Shown here one piece after another: positions 1-12,680 of a stretch of 64,000 bases of DNA (position 1 is its first letter; every line of letters begins with the position of its first letter). The DNA comes from Auanema rhodensis (Eukaryota > Animalia > Nematoda). The stretch is taken from assembly GCA_964057225.1 (NCBI GenBank), contig OZ059900.1:21142001-21206000 (forward strand), read 5' to 3'. The position numbers and the translations under genes were made by a program. Below the pieces are notes generated by a model that saw only the letters and a program-made list of their open reading frames with translations, had not been told where the DNA came from and made no database searches.

Positions 1-342
1 AAAAATACAAAAACACAGTATTTCCCATGAGAAATATTTTATTATGCTGGAAAACCAGTTTTTGGAAATTTCGCTGTAAACAAGGTTTTGACTTACGATT
101 TCATGTGTTCAAACTCATGCAATGTCAATGAAACCTAGCTCAAAATTGTTCGTACAACGTCTAGTCCCACTTTCACGACAAAAAAACAGGAGTTAGAAAA
201 TTAAGGAAATTAGCATATTCTGAGGGCACGCCCCTTATAGCTAATATTGATTAAATCGATTTTTGTTCATATGAGTCGTCAAATGCAACGAATTTCAGCG
301 TGTTACATACTAAAATGAAGCATTTTACATGCTGAACACTAG
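1..342 (+). repeat. Reference monomer (rare variant 'A': T166C, G191A, G239A relative to consensus)
   Basis: One full period; 116/342 G+C in the consensus; many A/T tracts and short dyads. Confidence 0.97.
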
Positions 343-3300
343 AAAAATACAAAAACACAGTATTTCCCATGAGAAATATTTTATTATGCTGGAAAACCAG
401 TTTTTGGAAATTTCGCTGTAAACAAGGTTTTGACTTACGATTTCATGTGTTCAAACTCATGCAATGTCAATGAAACCTAGCTCAAAATTGTTCGTACAAC
501 GTCTAGTTCCACTTTCACGACAAAAAAACAGGGGTTAGAAAATTAAGGGAATTAGCATATTCTGAGGGCACGCCCCTTATGGCTAATATTGATTAAATCG
601 ATTTTTGTTCATATGAGTCGTCAAATGCAACGAATTTCAGCGTGTTACATACTAAAATGAAGCATTTTACATGCTGAACACTAGAAAAATACAAAAACAC
701 AGTATTTCCCATGAGAAATATTTTATTATGCTGGAAAACCAGTTTTTGGAAATTTCGCTGTAAACAAGGTTTTGACTTACGATTTCATGTGTTCAAACTC
801 ATGCAATGTCAATGAAACCTAGCTCAAAATTGTTCGTACAACGTCTAGTTCCACTTTCACGACAAAAAAACAGGGGTTAGAAAATTAAGGGAATTAGCAT
901 ATTCTGAGGGCACGCCCCTTATGGCTAATATTGATTAAATCGATTTTTGTTCATATGAGTCGTCAAATGCAACGAATTTCAGCGTGTTACATACTAAAAT
1001 GAAGCATTTTACATGCTGAACACTAGAAAAATACAAAAACACAGTATTTTCCATGAGAAATATTTTATTATGCTGGAAAACCAGTTTTTGGAAATTTCGC
1101 TGTAAACAAGGTTTTGACTTACGATTTCATGTGTTCAAACTCATGCAATGTCAATGAAACCTAGCTCAAAATTGTTCGTACAACGTCTAGTTCCACTTTC
1201 ACGACAAAAAAACAGGGGTTAGAAAATTAAGGGAATTAGCATATTCTGAGGGCACGCCCCTTATGGCTAATATTGATTAAATCGATTTTTGTTCATATGA
1301 GTCGTCAAATGCAACGAATTTCAGCGTGTTACATACTAAAATGAAGCATTTTACATGCTGAACACTAGAAAAATACAAAAACACAGTATTTCCCATGAGA
1401 AATATTTTATTATGCTGGAAAACCAGTTTTTGGAAATTTCGCTGTAAACAAGGTTTTGACTTACGATTTCATGTGTTCAAACTCATGCAATGTCAATGAA
1501 ACCTAGCTCAAAATTGTTCGTACAACGTCTAGTTCCACTTTCACGACAAAAAAACAGGGGTTAGAAAATTAAGGGAATTAGCATATTCTGAGGGCACGCC
1601 CCTTATGGCTAATATTGATTAAATCGATTTTTGTTCATATGAGTCGTCAAATGCAACGAATTTCAGCGTGTTACATACTAAAATGAAGCATTTTACATGC
1701 TGAACACTAGAAAAATACAAAAACACAGTATTTTCCATGAGAAATATTTTATTATGCTGGAAAACCAGTTTTTGGAAATTTCGCTGTAAACAAGGTTTTG
1801 ACTTACGATTTCATGTGTTCAAACTCATGCAATGTCAATGAAACCTAGCTCAAAATTGTTCGTACAACGTCTAGTCCCACTTTCACGACAAAAAAACAGG
1901 GGTTAGAAAATTAAGGAAATTAGCATATTCTGAGGGCACGCCCCTTATGGCTAATATTGATTAAATCGATTTTTGTTCATATGAGTCGTCAAATGCAACG
2001 AATTTCAGCGTGTTACATACTAAAATGAAGCATTTTACATGCTGAACACTAGAAAAATACAAAAACACAGTATTTCCCATGAGAAATATTTTATTATGCT
2101 GGAAAACCAGTTTTTGGAAATTTCGCTGTAAACAAGGTTTTGACTTACGATTTCATGTGTTCAAACTCATGCAATGTCAATGAAACCTAGCTCAAAATTG
2201 TTCGTACAACGTCTAGTTCCACTTTCACGACAAAAAAACAGGGGTTAGAAAATTAAGGAAATTAGCATATTCTGAGGGCACGCCCCTTATGGCTAATATT
2301 GATTAAATCGATTTTTGTTCATATGAGTCGTCAAATGCAACGAATTTCAGCGTGTTACATACTAAAATGAAGCATTTCACATGCTGAACACTAGAAAAAT
2401 ACAAAAACACAGTATTTCCCATGAGAAATATTTTATTATGCTGGAAAACCAGTTTTTGGAAATTTCGCTGTAAACAAGGTTTTGACTTACGATTTCATGT
2501 GTTCAAACTCATGCAATGTCAATGAAACCTAGCTCAAAATTGTTCGTACAACGTCTAGTTCCACTTTCACGACAAAAAAACAGGGGTTAGAAAATTAAGG
2601 AAATTAGCATATTCTGAGGGCACGCCCCTTATGGCTAATATTGATTAAATCGATTTTTGTTCATATGAGTCGTCAAATGCAACGAATTTCAGCGTGTTAC
2701 ATACTAAAATGAAGCATTTCACATGCTGAACACTAGAAAAATACAAAAACACAGTATTTCCCATGAGAAATATTTTATTATGCTGGAAAACCAGTTTTTG
2801 GAAATTTCGCTGTAAACAAGGTTTTGACTTACGATTTCATGTGTTCAAACTCATGCAATGTCAATGAAACCTAGCTCAAAATTGTTCGTACAACGTCTAG
2901 TTCCACTTTCACGACAAAAAAACAGGGGTTAGAAAATTAAGGAAATTAGCATATTCTGAGGGCACGCCCCTTATGGCTAATATTGATTAAATCGATTTTT
3001 GTTCATATGAGTCGTCAAATGCAACGAATTTCAGCGTGTTACATACTAAAATGAAGCATTTTACATGCTGAACACTAGAAAAATACAAAAACACAGTATT
3101 TCCCATGAGAAATATTTTATTATGCTGGAAAACCAGTTTTTGGAAATTTCGCTGTAAACAAGGTTTTGACTTACGATTTCATGTGTTCAAACTCATGCAA
3201 TGTCAATGAAACCTAGCTCAAAATTGTTCGTACAACGTCTAGTTCCACTTTCACGACAAAAAAACAGGGGTTAGAAAATTAAGGAAATTAGCATATTCTG

Positions 3301-6300
3301 AGGGCACGCCCCTTATGGCTAATATTGATTAAATCGATTTTTGTTCATATGAGTCGTCAAATGCAACGAATTTCAGCGTGTTACATACTAAAATGAAGCA
3401 TTTTACATGCTGAACACTAGAAAAATACAAAAACACAGTATTTCCCATGAGAAATATTTTATTATGCTGGAAAACCAGTTTTTGGAAATTTCGCTGTAAA
3501 CAAGGTTTTGACTTACGATTTCATGTGTTCAAACTCATGCAATGTCAATGAAACCTAGCTCAAAATTGTTCGTACAACGTCTAGTTCCACTTTCACGACA
3601 AAAAAACAGGGGTTAGAAAATTAAGGAAATTAGCATATTCTGAGGGCACGCCCCTTATGGCTAATATTGATTAAATCGATTTTTGTTCATATGAGTCGTC
3701 AAATGCAACGAATTTCAGCGTGTTACATACTAAAATGAAGCATTTTACATGCTGAACACTAGAAAAATACAAAAACACAGTATTTTCCATGAGAAATATT
3801 TTATTATGCTGGAAAACCAGTTTTTGGAAATTTCGCTGTAAACAAGGTTTTGACTTACGATTTCATGTGTTCAAACTCATGCAATGTCAATGAAACCTAG
3901 CTCAAAATTGTTCGTACAACGTCTAGTCCCACTTTCACGACAAAAAAACAGGGGTTAGAAAATTAAGGAAATTAGCATATTCTGAGGGCACGCCCCTTAT
4001 GGCTAATATTGATTAAATCGATTTTTGTTCATATGAGTCGTCAAATGCAACGAATTTCAGCGTGTTACATACTAAAATGAAGCATTTTACATGCTGAACA
4101 CTAGAAAAATACAAAAACACAGTATTTCCCATGAGAAATATTTTATTATGCTGGAAAACCAGTTTTTGGAAATTTCGCTGTAAACAAGGTTTTGACTTAC
4201 GATTTCATGTGTTCAAACTCATGCAATGTCAATGAAACCTAGCTCAAAATTGTTCGTACAACGTCTAGTTCCACTTTCACGACAAAAAAACAGGGGTTAG
4301 AAAATTAAGGAAATTAGCATATTCTGAGGGCACGCCCCTTATGGCTAATATTGATTAAATCGATTTTTGTTCATATGAGTCGTCAAATGCAACGAATTTC
4401 AGCGTGTTACATACTAAAATGAAGCATTTTACATGCTGAAAACTAGAAAAATACAAAAACACAGTATTTCCCATGAGAAATATTTTATTATGCTGGAAAA
4501 CCAGTTTTTGGAAATTTCGCTGTAAACAAGGTTTTGACTTACGATTTCATGTGTTCAAACTCATGCAATGTCAATGAAACCTAGCTCAAAATTGTTCGTA
4601 CAACGTCTAGTTCCACTTTCACGACAAAAAAACAGGGGTTAGAAAATTAAGGAAATTAGCATATTCTGAGGGCACGCCCCTTATGGCTAATATTGATTAA
4701 ATCGATTTTTGTTCATATGAGTCGTCAAATGCAACGAATTTCAGCGTGTTACATACTAAAATGAAGCATTTTACATGCTGAACACTAGAAAAATACAAAA
4801 ACACAGTATTTCCCATGAGAAATATTTTATTATGCTGGAAAACCAGTTTTTGGAAATTTCGCTGTAAACAAGGTTTTGACTTACGATTTCATGTGTTCAA
4901 ACTCATGCAATGTCAATGAAACCTAGCTCAAAATTGTTCGTACAACGTCTAGTTCCACTTTCACGACAAAAAAACAGGGGTTAGAAAATTAAGGGAATTA
5001 GCATATTCTGAGGGCACGCCCCTTATGGCTAATATTGATTAAATCGATTTTTGTTCATATGAGTCGTCAAATGCAACGAATTTCAGCGTGTTACATACTA
5101 AAATGAAGCATTTTACATGCTGAACACTAGAAAAATACAAAAACACAGTATTTCCCATGAGAAATATTTTATTATGCTGGAAAACCAGTTTTTGGAAATT
5201 TCGCTGTAAACAAGGTTTTGACTTACGATTTCATGTGTTCAAACTCATGCAATGTCAATGAAACCTAGCTCAAAATTGTTCGTACAACGTCTAGTTCCAC
5301 TTTCACGACAAAAAAACAGGGGTTAGAAAATTAAGGGAATTAGCATATTCTGAGGGCACGCCCCTTATGGCTAATATTGATTAAATCGATTTTTGTTCAT
5401 ATGAGTCGTCAAATGCAACGAATTTCAGCGTGTTACATACTAAAATGAAGCATTTTACATGCTGAACACTAGAAAAATACAAAAACACAGTATTTCCCAT
5501 GAGAAATATTTTATTATGCTGGAAAACCAGTTTTTGGAAATTTCGCTGTAAACAAGGTTTTGACTTACGATTTCATGTGTTCAAACTCATGCAATGTCAA
5601 TGAAACCTAGCTCAAAATTGTTCGTACAACGTCTAGTTCCACTTTCACGACAAAAAAACAGGGGTTAGAAAATTAAGGGAATTAGCATATTCTGAGGGCA
5701 CGCCCCTTATGGCTAATATTGATTAAATCGATTTTTGTTCATATGAGTCGTCAAATGCAACGAATTTCAGCGTGTTACATACTAAAATGAAGCATTTTAC
5801 ATGCTGAACACTAGAAAAATACAAAAACACAGTATTTTCCATGAGAAATATTTTATTATGCTGGAAAACCAGTTTTTGGAAATTTCGCTGTAAACAAGGT
5901 TTTGACTTACGATTTCATGTGTTCAAACTCATGCAATGTCAATGAAACCTAGCTCAAAATTGTTCGTACAACGTCTAGTCCCACTTTCACGACAAAAAAA
6001 CAGGGGTTAGAAAATTAAGGAAATTAGCATATTCTGAGGGCACGCCCCTTATGGCTAATATTGATTAAATCGATTTTTGTTCATATGAGTCGTCAAATGC
6101 AACGAATTTCAGCGTGTTACATACTAAAATGAAGCATTTTACATGCTGAACACTAGAAAAATACAAAAACACAGTATTTCCCATGAGAAATATTTTATTA
6201 TGCTGGAAAACCAGTTTTTGGAAATTTCGCTGTAAACAAGGTTTTGACTTACGATTTCATGTGTTCAAACTCATGCAATGTCAATGAAACCTAGCTCAAA

Positions 6301-7866
6301 ATTGTTCGTACAACGTCTAGTTCCACTTTCACGACAAAAAAACAGGGGTTAGAAAATTAAGGAAATTAGCATATTCTGAGGGCACGCCCCTTATGGCTAA
6401 TATTGATTAAATCGATTTTTGTTCATATGAGTCGTCAAATGCAACGAATTTCAGCGTGTTACATACTAAAATGAAGCATTTCACATGCTGAACACTAGAA
6501 AAATACAAAAACACAGTATTTCCCATGAGAAATATTTTATTATGCTGGAAAACCAGTTTTTGGAAATTTCGCTGTAAACAAGGTTTTGACTTACGATTTC
6601 ATGTGTTCAAACTCATGCAATGTCAATGAAACCTAGCTCAAAATTGTTCGTACAACGTCTAGTTCCACTTTCACGACAAAAAAACAGGGGTTAGAAAATT
6701 AAGGAAATTAGCATATTCTGAGGGCACGCCCCTTATGGCTAATATTGATTAAATCGATTTTTGTTCATATGAGTCGTCAAATGCAACGAATTTCAGCGTG
6801 TTACATACTAAAATGAAGCATTTTACATGCTGAACACTAGAAAAATACAAAAACACAGTATTTCCCATGAGAAATATTTTATTATGCTGGAAAACCAGTT
6901 TTTGGAAATTTCGCTGTAAACAAGGTTTTGACTTACGATTTCATGTGTTCAAACTCATGCAATGTCAATGAAACCTAGCTCAAAATTGTTCGTACAACGT
7001 CTAGTTCCACTTTCACGACAAAAAAACAGGGGTTAGAAAATTAAGGAAATTAGCATATTCTGAGGGCACGCCCCTTATGGCTAATATTGATTAAATCGAT
7101 TTTTGTTCATATGAGTCGTCAAATGCAACGAATTTCAGCGTGTTACATACTAAAATGAAGCATTTTACATGCTGAACACTAGAAAAATACAAAAACACAG
7201 TATTTCCCATGAGAAATATTTTATTATGCTGGAAAACCAGTTTTTGGAAATTTCGCTGTAAACAAGGTTTTGACTTACGATTTCATGTGTTCAAACTCAT
7301 GCAATGTCAATGAAACCTAGCTCAAAATTGTTCGTACAACGTCTAGTTCCACTTTCACGACAAAAAAACAGGGGTTAGAAAATTAAGGAAATTAGCATAT
7401 TCTGAGGGCACGCCCCTTATGGCTAATATTGATTAAATCGATTTTTGTTCATATGAGTCGTCAAATGCAACGAATTTCAGCGTGTTACATACTAAAATGA
7501 AGCATTTTACATGCTGAACACTAGAAAAATACAAAAACACAGTATTTTCCATGAGAAATATTTTATTATGCTGGAAAACCAGTTTTTGGAAATTTCGCTG
7601 TAAACAAGGTTTTGACTTACGATTTCATGTGTTCAAACTCATGCAATGTCAATGAAACCTAGCTCAAAATTGTTCGTACAACGTCTAGTCCCACTTTCAC
7701 GACAAAAAAACAGGGGTTAGAAAATTAAGGAAATTAGCATATTCTGAGGGCACGCCCCTTATGGCTAATATTGATTAAATCGATTTTTGTTCATATGAGT
7801 CGTCAAATGCAACGAATTTCAGCGTGTTACATACTAAAATGAAGCATTTTACATGCTGAACACTAG

Positions 7867-10800
7867 AAAAATACAAAAACACAGTATTTCCCATGAGAAA
7901 TATTTTATTATGCTGGAAAACCAGTTTTTGGAAATTTCGCTGTAAACAAGGTTTTGACTTACGATTTCATGTGTTCAAACTCATGCAATGTCAATGAAAC
8001 CTAGCTCAAAATTGTTTGTACAACGTCTAGTTCCACTTTCACGACAAAAAAACAGGGGTTAGAAAATTAAGGGAATTAGCATATTCTGAGGGCACGCCCC
8101 TTATGGCTAATATTGATTAAATCGATTTTTGTTCATATGAGTCGTCAAATGCAACGAATTTCAGCGTGTTACATACTAAAATGAAGCATTTTACATGCTG
8201 AACACTAAAAAAATACAAAAACACAGTATTTCCCATGAGAAATATTTTATTATGCTGGAAAACCAGTTTTTGGAAATTTCGCTGTAAACAAGGTTTTGAC
8301 TTACGATTTCATGTGTTCAAACTCATGCAATGTCAATGAAACCTAGCTCAAAATTGTTCGTACAACGTCTAGTCCCACTTTCACGACAAAAAAACAGGGG
8401 TTAGAAAATTAAGGAAATTAGCATATTCTGAGGGCACGCCCCTTATGGCTAATATTGATTAAATCGATTTTTGTTCATATGAGTCGTCAAATGCAACGAA
8501 TTTCAGCGTGTTACATACTAAAATGAAGCATTTTACATGCTGAACACTAGAAAAATACAAAAACACAGTATTTCCCATGAGAAATATTTTATTATGCTGG
8601 AAAACCAGTTTTTGGAAATTTCGCTGTAAACAAGGTTTTGACTTACGATTTCATGTGTTCAAACTCATGCAATGTCAATAAAACCTAGCTCAAAAGTGTT
8701 TGTACAACGTCTAGTCCCACTTTCACGGCCAAAAAACAGGGGTTAGAAAATTAAGGAAATTAGCATATTCTGAGGGCACGCCCCTTATGGCTAATATTGA
8801 TTAAATCGATTTTTGTTCATATGAGTCGTCAAATGCAACGAATTTCAGCGTGTTACATACTAAAATGAAGCATTTTACATGCTGAACACTAGAAAAATAC
8901 AAAAACACAGTATTTCCCATGAGAAATATTTTATTATGCTGGAAAACCAGTTTTTGGAAATTTCGCTGTAAACAAGGTTTTGACTTACGATTTCATGTGT
9001 TCAAACTCATGCAATGTCAATGAAACCTAGCTCAAAATTGTTCGTACAACGTCTAGTTCCACTTTCACGACAAAAAAACAGGGGTTAGAAAATTAAGGAA
9101 ATTAGCATATTCTGAGGGCACGCCCCTTATGGCTAATATTGATTAAATCGATTTTTGTTCATATGAGTCGTCAAATGCAACGAATTTCAGCGTGTTACAT
9201 ACTAAAATGAAGCATTTTACATGCTGAACACTAGAAAAATACAAAAACACAGTATTTCCCATGAGAAATATTTTATTATGCTGGAAAACCAGTTTTTGGA
9301 AATTTCGCTGTAAACAAGGTTTTGACTTACGATTTCATGTGTTCAAACTCATGCAATGTCAATGAAACCTAGCTCAAAATTGTTCGTACAACGTCTAGTC
9401 CCACTTTCACGACAAAAAAACAGGGGTTAGAAAATTAAGGAAATTAGCATATTCTGAGGGTACGCCCCTTATGGCTAATATTGATTAAATCGATTTTTGT
9501 TCATATGAGTCGTCAAATGCAACGAATTTCAGCGTGTTACATACTAAAATGAAGCATTTTACATGCTGAACACTAGAAAAATACAAAAACACAGTATTTC
9601 CCATGAGAAATATTTTATTATGCTGGAAAACCAGTTTTTGGAAATTTCGCTGTAAACAAGGTTTTGACTTACGATTTCATGTGTTCAAACTCATGCAATG
9701 TCAATGAAACCTAGCTCAAAATTGTTCGTACAACGTCTAGTTCCACTTTCACGACAAAAAAACAGGGGTTAGAAAATTAAGGGAATTAGCATATTCTGAG
9801 GGCACGCCCCTTATGGCTAATATTGATTAAATCGATTTTTGTTCATATGAGTCGTCAAATGCAACGAATTTCAGCGTGTTACATACTAAAATGAAATATT
9901 TTACATGCTGAACACTAGAAAAATACAAAAACACAGTATTTCCCATGAGAAATATTTTATTATGCTGGAAAACCAGTTTTTGGAAATTTCGCTGTAAACA
10001 AGGTTTTGACTTACGATTTCATGTGTTCAAACTCATGCAATGTCAATGAAACCTAGCTCAAAATTGTTCGTACAACGTCTAGTTCCACTTTCACGACAAA
10101 AAAACAGGGGTTAGAAAATTAAGGAAATTAGCATATTCTGAGGGCACGCCCCTTATGGCTAATATTGATTAAATCGATTTTTGTTAATATGAGTCGTCAA
10201 ATGCAACGAATTTCAGCGTGTTACATACTAAAATGAAGCATTTTACATGCTGAACACTAGAAAAATACAAAAACACAGTATTTCCCATGAGAAATATTTT
10301 ATTATGCTGGAAAACCAGTTTTTGGAAATTTCGCTGTAAACAAGGTTTTGACTTACGATTTCATGTGTTCAAACTCATGCAATGTCAATGAAACCTAGCT
10401 CAAAATTGTTTGTACAACGTCTAGTTCCACTTTCACGACAAAAAAACAGGGGTTAGAAAATTAAGGGAATTAGCATATTCTGAGGGCACGCCCCTTATGG
10501 CTAATATTGATTAAATCGATTTTTGTTCATATGAGTCGTCAAATGCAACGAATTTCAGCGTGTTACATACTAAAATGAAGTATTTTACATGCTGAACACT
10601 AGAAAAATACAAAAACACAGTATTTCCCATGAGAAATATTTTATTATGCTGGAAAACCAGTTTTTGGAAATTTCGCTGTAAACAAGGTTTTGACTTACGA
10701 TTTCATGTGTTCAAACTCATGCAATGTCAATGAAACCTAGCTCAAAATTGTTCGTACAACGTCTAGTTCCACTTTCACGACAAAAAAACAGGGGTTAGAA

Positions 10801-12654
10801 AATTAAGGAAATTAGCATATTCTGAGGGCACGCCCCTTATGGCTAATATTGATTAAATCGATTTTTGTTAATATGAGTCGTCAAATGCAACGAATTTCAG
10901 CGTGTTACATACTAAAATGAAGCATTTTACATGCTGAACACTAGAAAAATACAAAAACACAGTATTTCCCATGAGAAATATTTTATTATGCTGGAAAACC
11001 AGTTTTTGGAAATTTCGCTGTAAACAAGGTTTTGACTTACGATTTCATGTGTTCAAACTCATGCAATGTCAATGAAACCTAGCTCAAAATTGTTTGTACA
11101 ACGTCTAGTTCCACTTTCACGACAAAAAAACAGGGGTTAGAAAATTAAGGGAATTAGCATATTCTGAGGGCACGCCCCTTATGGCTAATATTGATTAAAT
11201 CGATTTTTGTTCATATGAGTCGTCAAATGCAACGAATTTCAGCGTGTTACATACTAAAATGAAGCATTTTACATGCTGAACACTAAAAAAATACAAAAAC
11301 ACAGTATTTCCCATGAGAAATATTTTATTATGCTGGAAAACCAGTTTTTGGAAATTTCGCTGTAAACAAGGTTTTGACTTACGATTTCATGTGTTCAAAC
11401 TCATGCAATGTCAATGAAACCTAGCTCAAAATTGTTCGTACAACGTCTAGTCCCACTTTCACGACAAAAAAACAGGGGTTAGAAAATTAAGGAAATTAGC
11501 ATATTCTGAGGGCACGCCCCTTATGGCTAATATTGATTAAATCGATTTTTGTTCATATGAGTCGTCAAATGCAACGAATTTCAGCGTGTTACATACTAAA
11601 ATGAAGCATTTTACATGCTGAACACTAGAAAAATACAAAAACACAGTATTTCCCATGAGAAATATTTTATTATGCTGGAAAACCAGTTTTTGGAAATTTC
11701 GCTGTAAACAAGGTTTTGACTTACGATTTCATGTGTTCAAACTCATGCAATGTCAATAAAACCTAGCTCAAAAGTGTTTGTACAACGTCTAGTCCCACTT
11801 TCACGGCCAAAAAACAGGGGTTAGAAAATTAAGGAAATTAGCATATTCTGAGGGCACGCCCCTTATGGCTAATATTGATTAAATCGATTTTTGTTCATAT
11901 GAGTCGTCAAATGCAACGAATTTCAGCGTGTTACATACTAAAATGAAGCATTTTACATGCTGAACACTAGAAAAATACAAAAACACAGTATTTCCCATGA
12001 GAAATATTTTATTATGCTGGAAAACCAGTTTTTGGAAATTTCGCTGTAAACAAGGTTTTGACTTACGATTTCATGTGTTCAAACTCATGCAATGTCAATG
12101 AAACCTAGCTCAAAATTGTTCGTACAACGTCTAGTTCCACTTTCACGACAAAAAAACAGGGGTTAGAAAATTAAGGAAATTAGCATATTCTGAGGGCACG
12201 CCCCTTATGGCTAATATTGATTAAATCGATTTTTGTTCATATGAGTCGTCAAATGCAACGAATTTCAGCGTGTTACATACTAAAATGAAGCATTTTACAT
12301 GCTGAACACTAGAAAAATACAAAAACACAGTATTTCCCATGAGAAATATTTTATTATGCTGGAAAACCAGTTTTTGGAAATTTCGCTGTAAACAAGGTTT
12401 TGACTTACGATTTCATGTGTTCAAACTCATGCAATGTCAATGAAACCTAGCTCAAAATTGTTCGTACAACGTCTAGTCCCACTTTCACGACAAAAAAACA
12501 GGGGTTAGAAAATTAAGGAAATTAGCATATTCTGAGGGTACGCCCCTTATGGCTAATATTGATTAAATCGATTTTTGTTCATATGAGTCGTCAAATGCAA
12601 CGAATTTCAGCGTGTTACATACTAAAATGAAGCATTTTACATGCTGAACACTAG
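7867..12654 (+). repeat. Higher-order duplication with a 9-monomer (3078 bp) offset
   Basis: Variant pairs at 8017/11095, 8208/11286, 8680/11758 (multi-SNP monomer) and 9461/12539. Confidence 0.9.
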
Positions 12655-12659
12655 AAAAA

Positions 12660-12680
12660 TACAAAATCAATATTAGCCAT
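12660..12680. other. Orientation junction J1 (forward pos 12 to reverse pos 250; 2-bp AA microhomology at 12665-12666)
   Basis: ...CTAGAAAAATACAA[AA]TCAATATTAGCC... Confidence 0.95.

Larger units (their letters stand above)
1..12666 (+). repeat. Forward block 1: 37 full monomers plus 12 bp
   Basis: Phase is kept without indels to 12655 (37x342+1), then AAAAATACAAAA and a switch of orientation. Confidence 0.97.

Noticed and set aside
186-197. Telomere-like CAGGGGTTAG motif, or 5S/tRNA-type tandem gene
   Set aside because: It is a single non-tandem motif, and I could not recognise 5S rRNA, tRNA or snRNA structure in the monomer.
1-342. Primate alpha-satellite dimer (2x171 bp) or another named satellite family
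   Set aside because: Only the length matches. I do not recognise alpha-satellite sequence or a canonical CENP-B box, and family assignment needs a database search.
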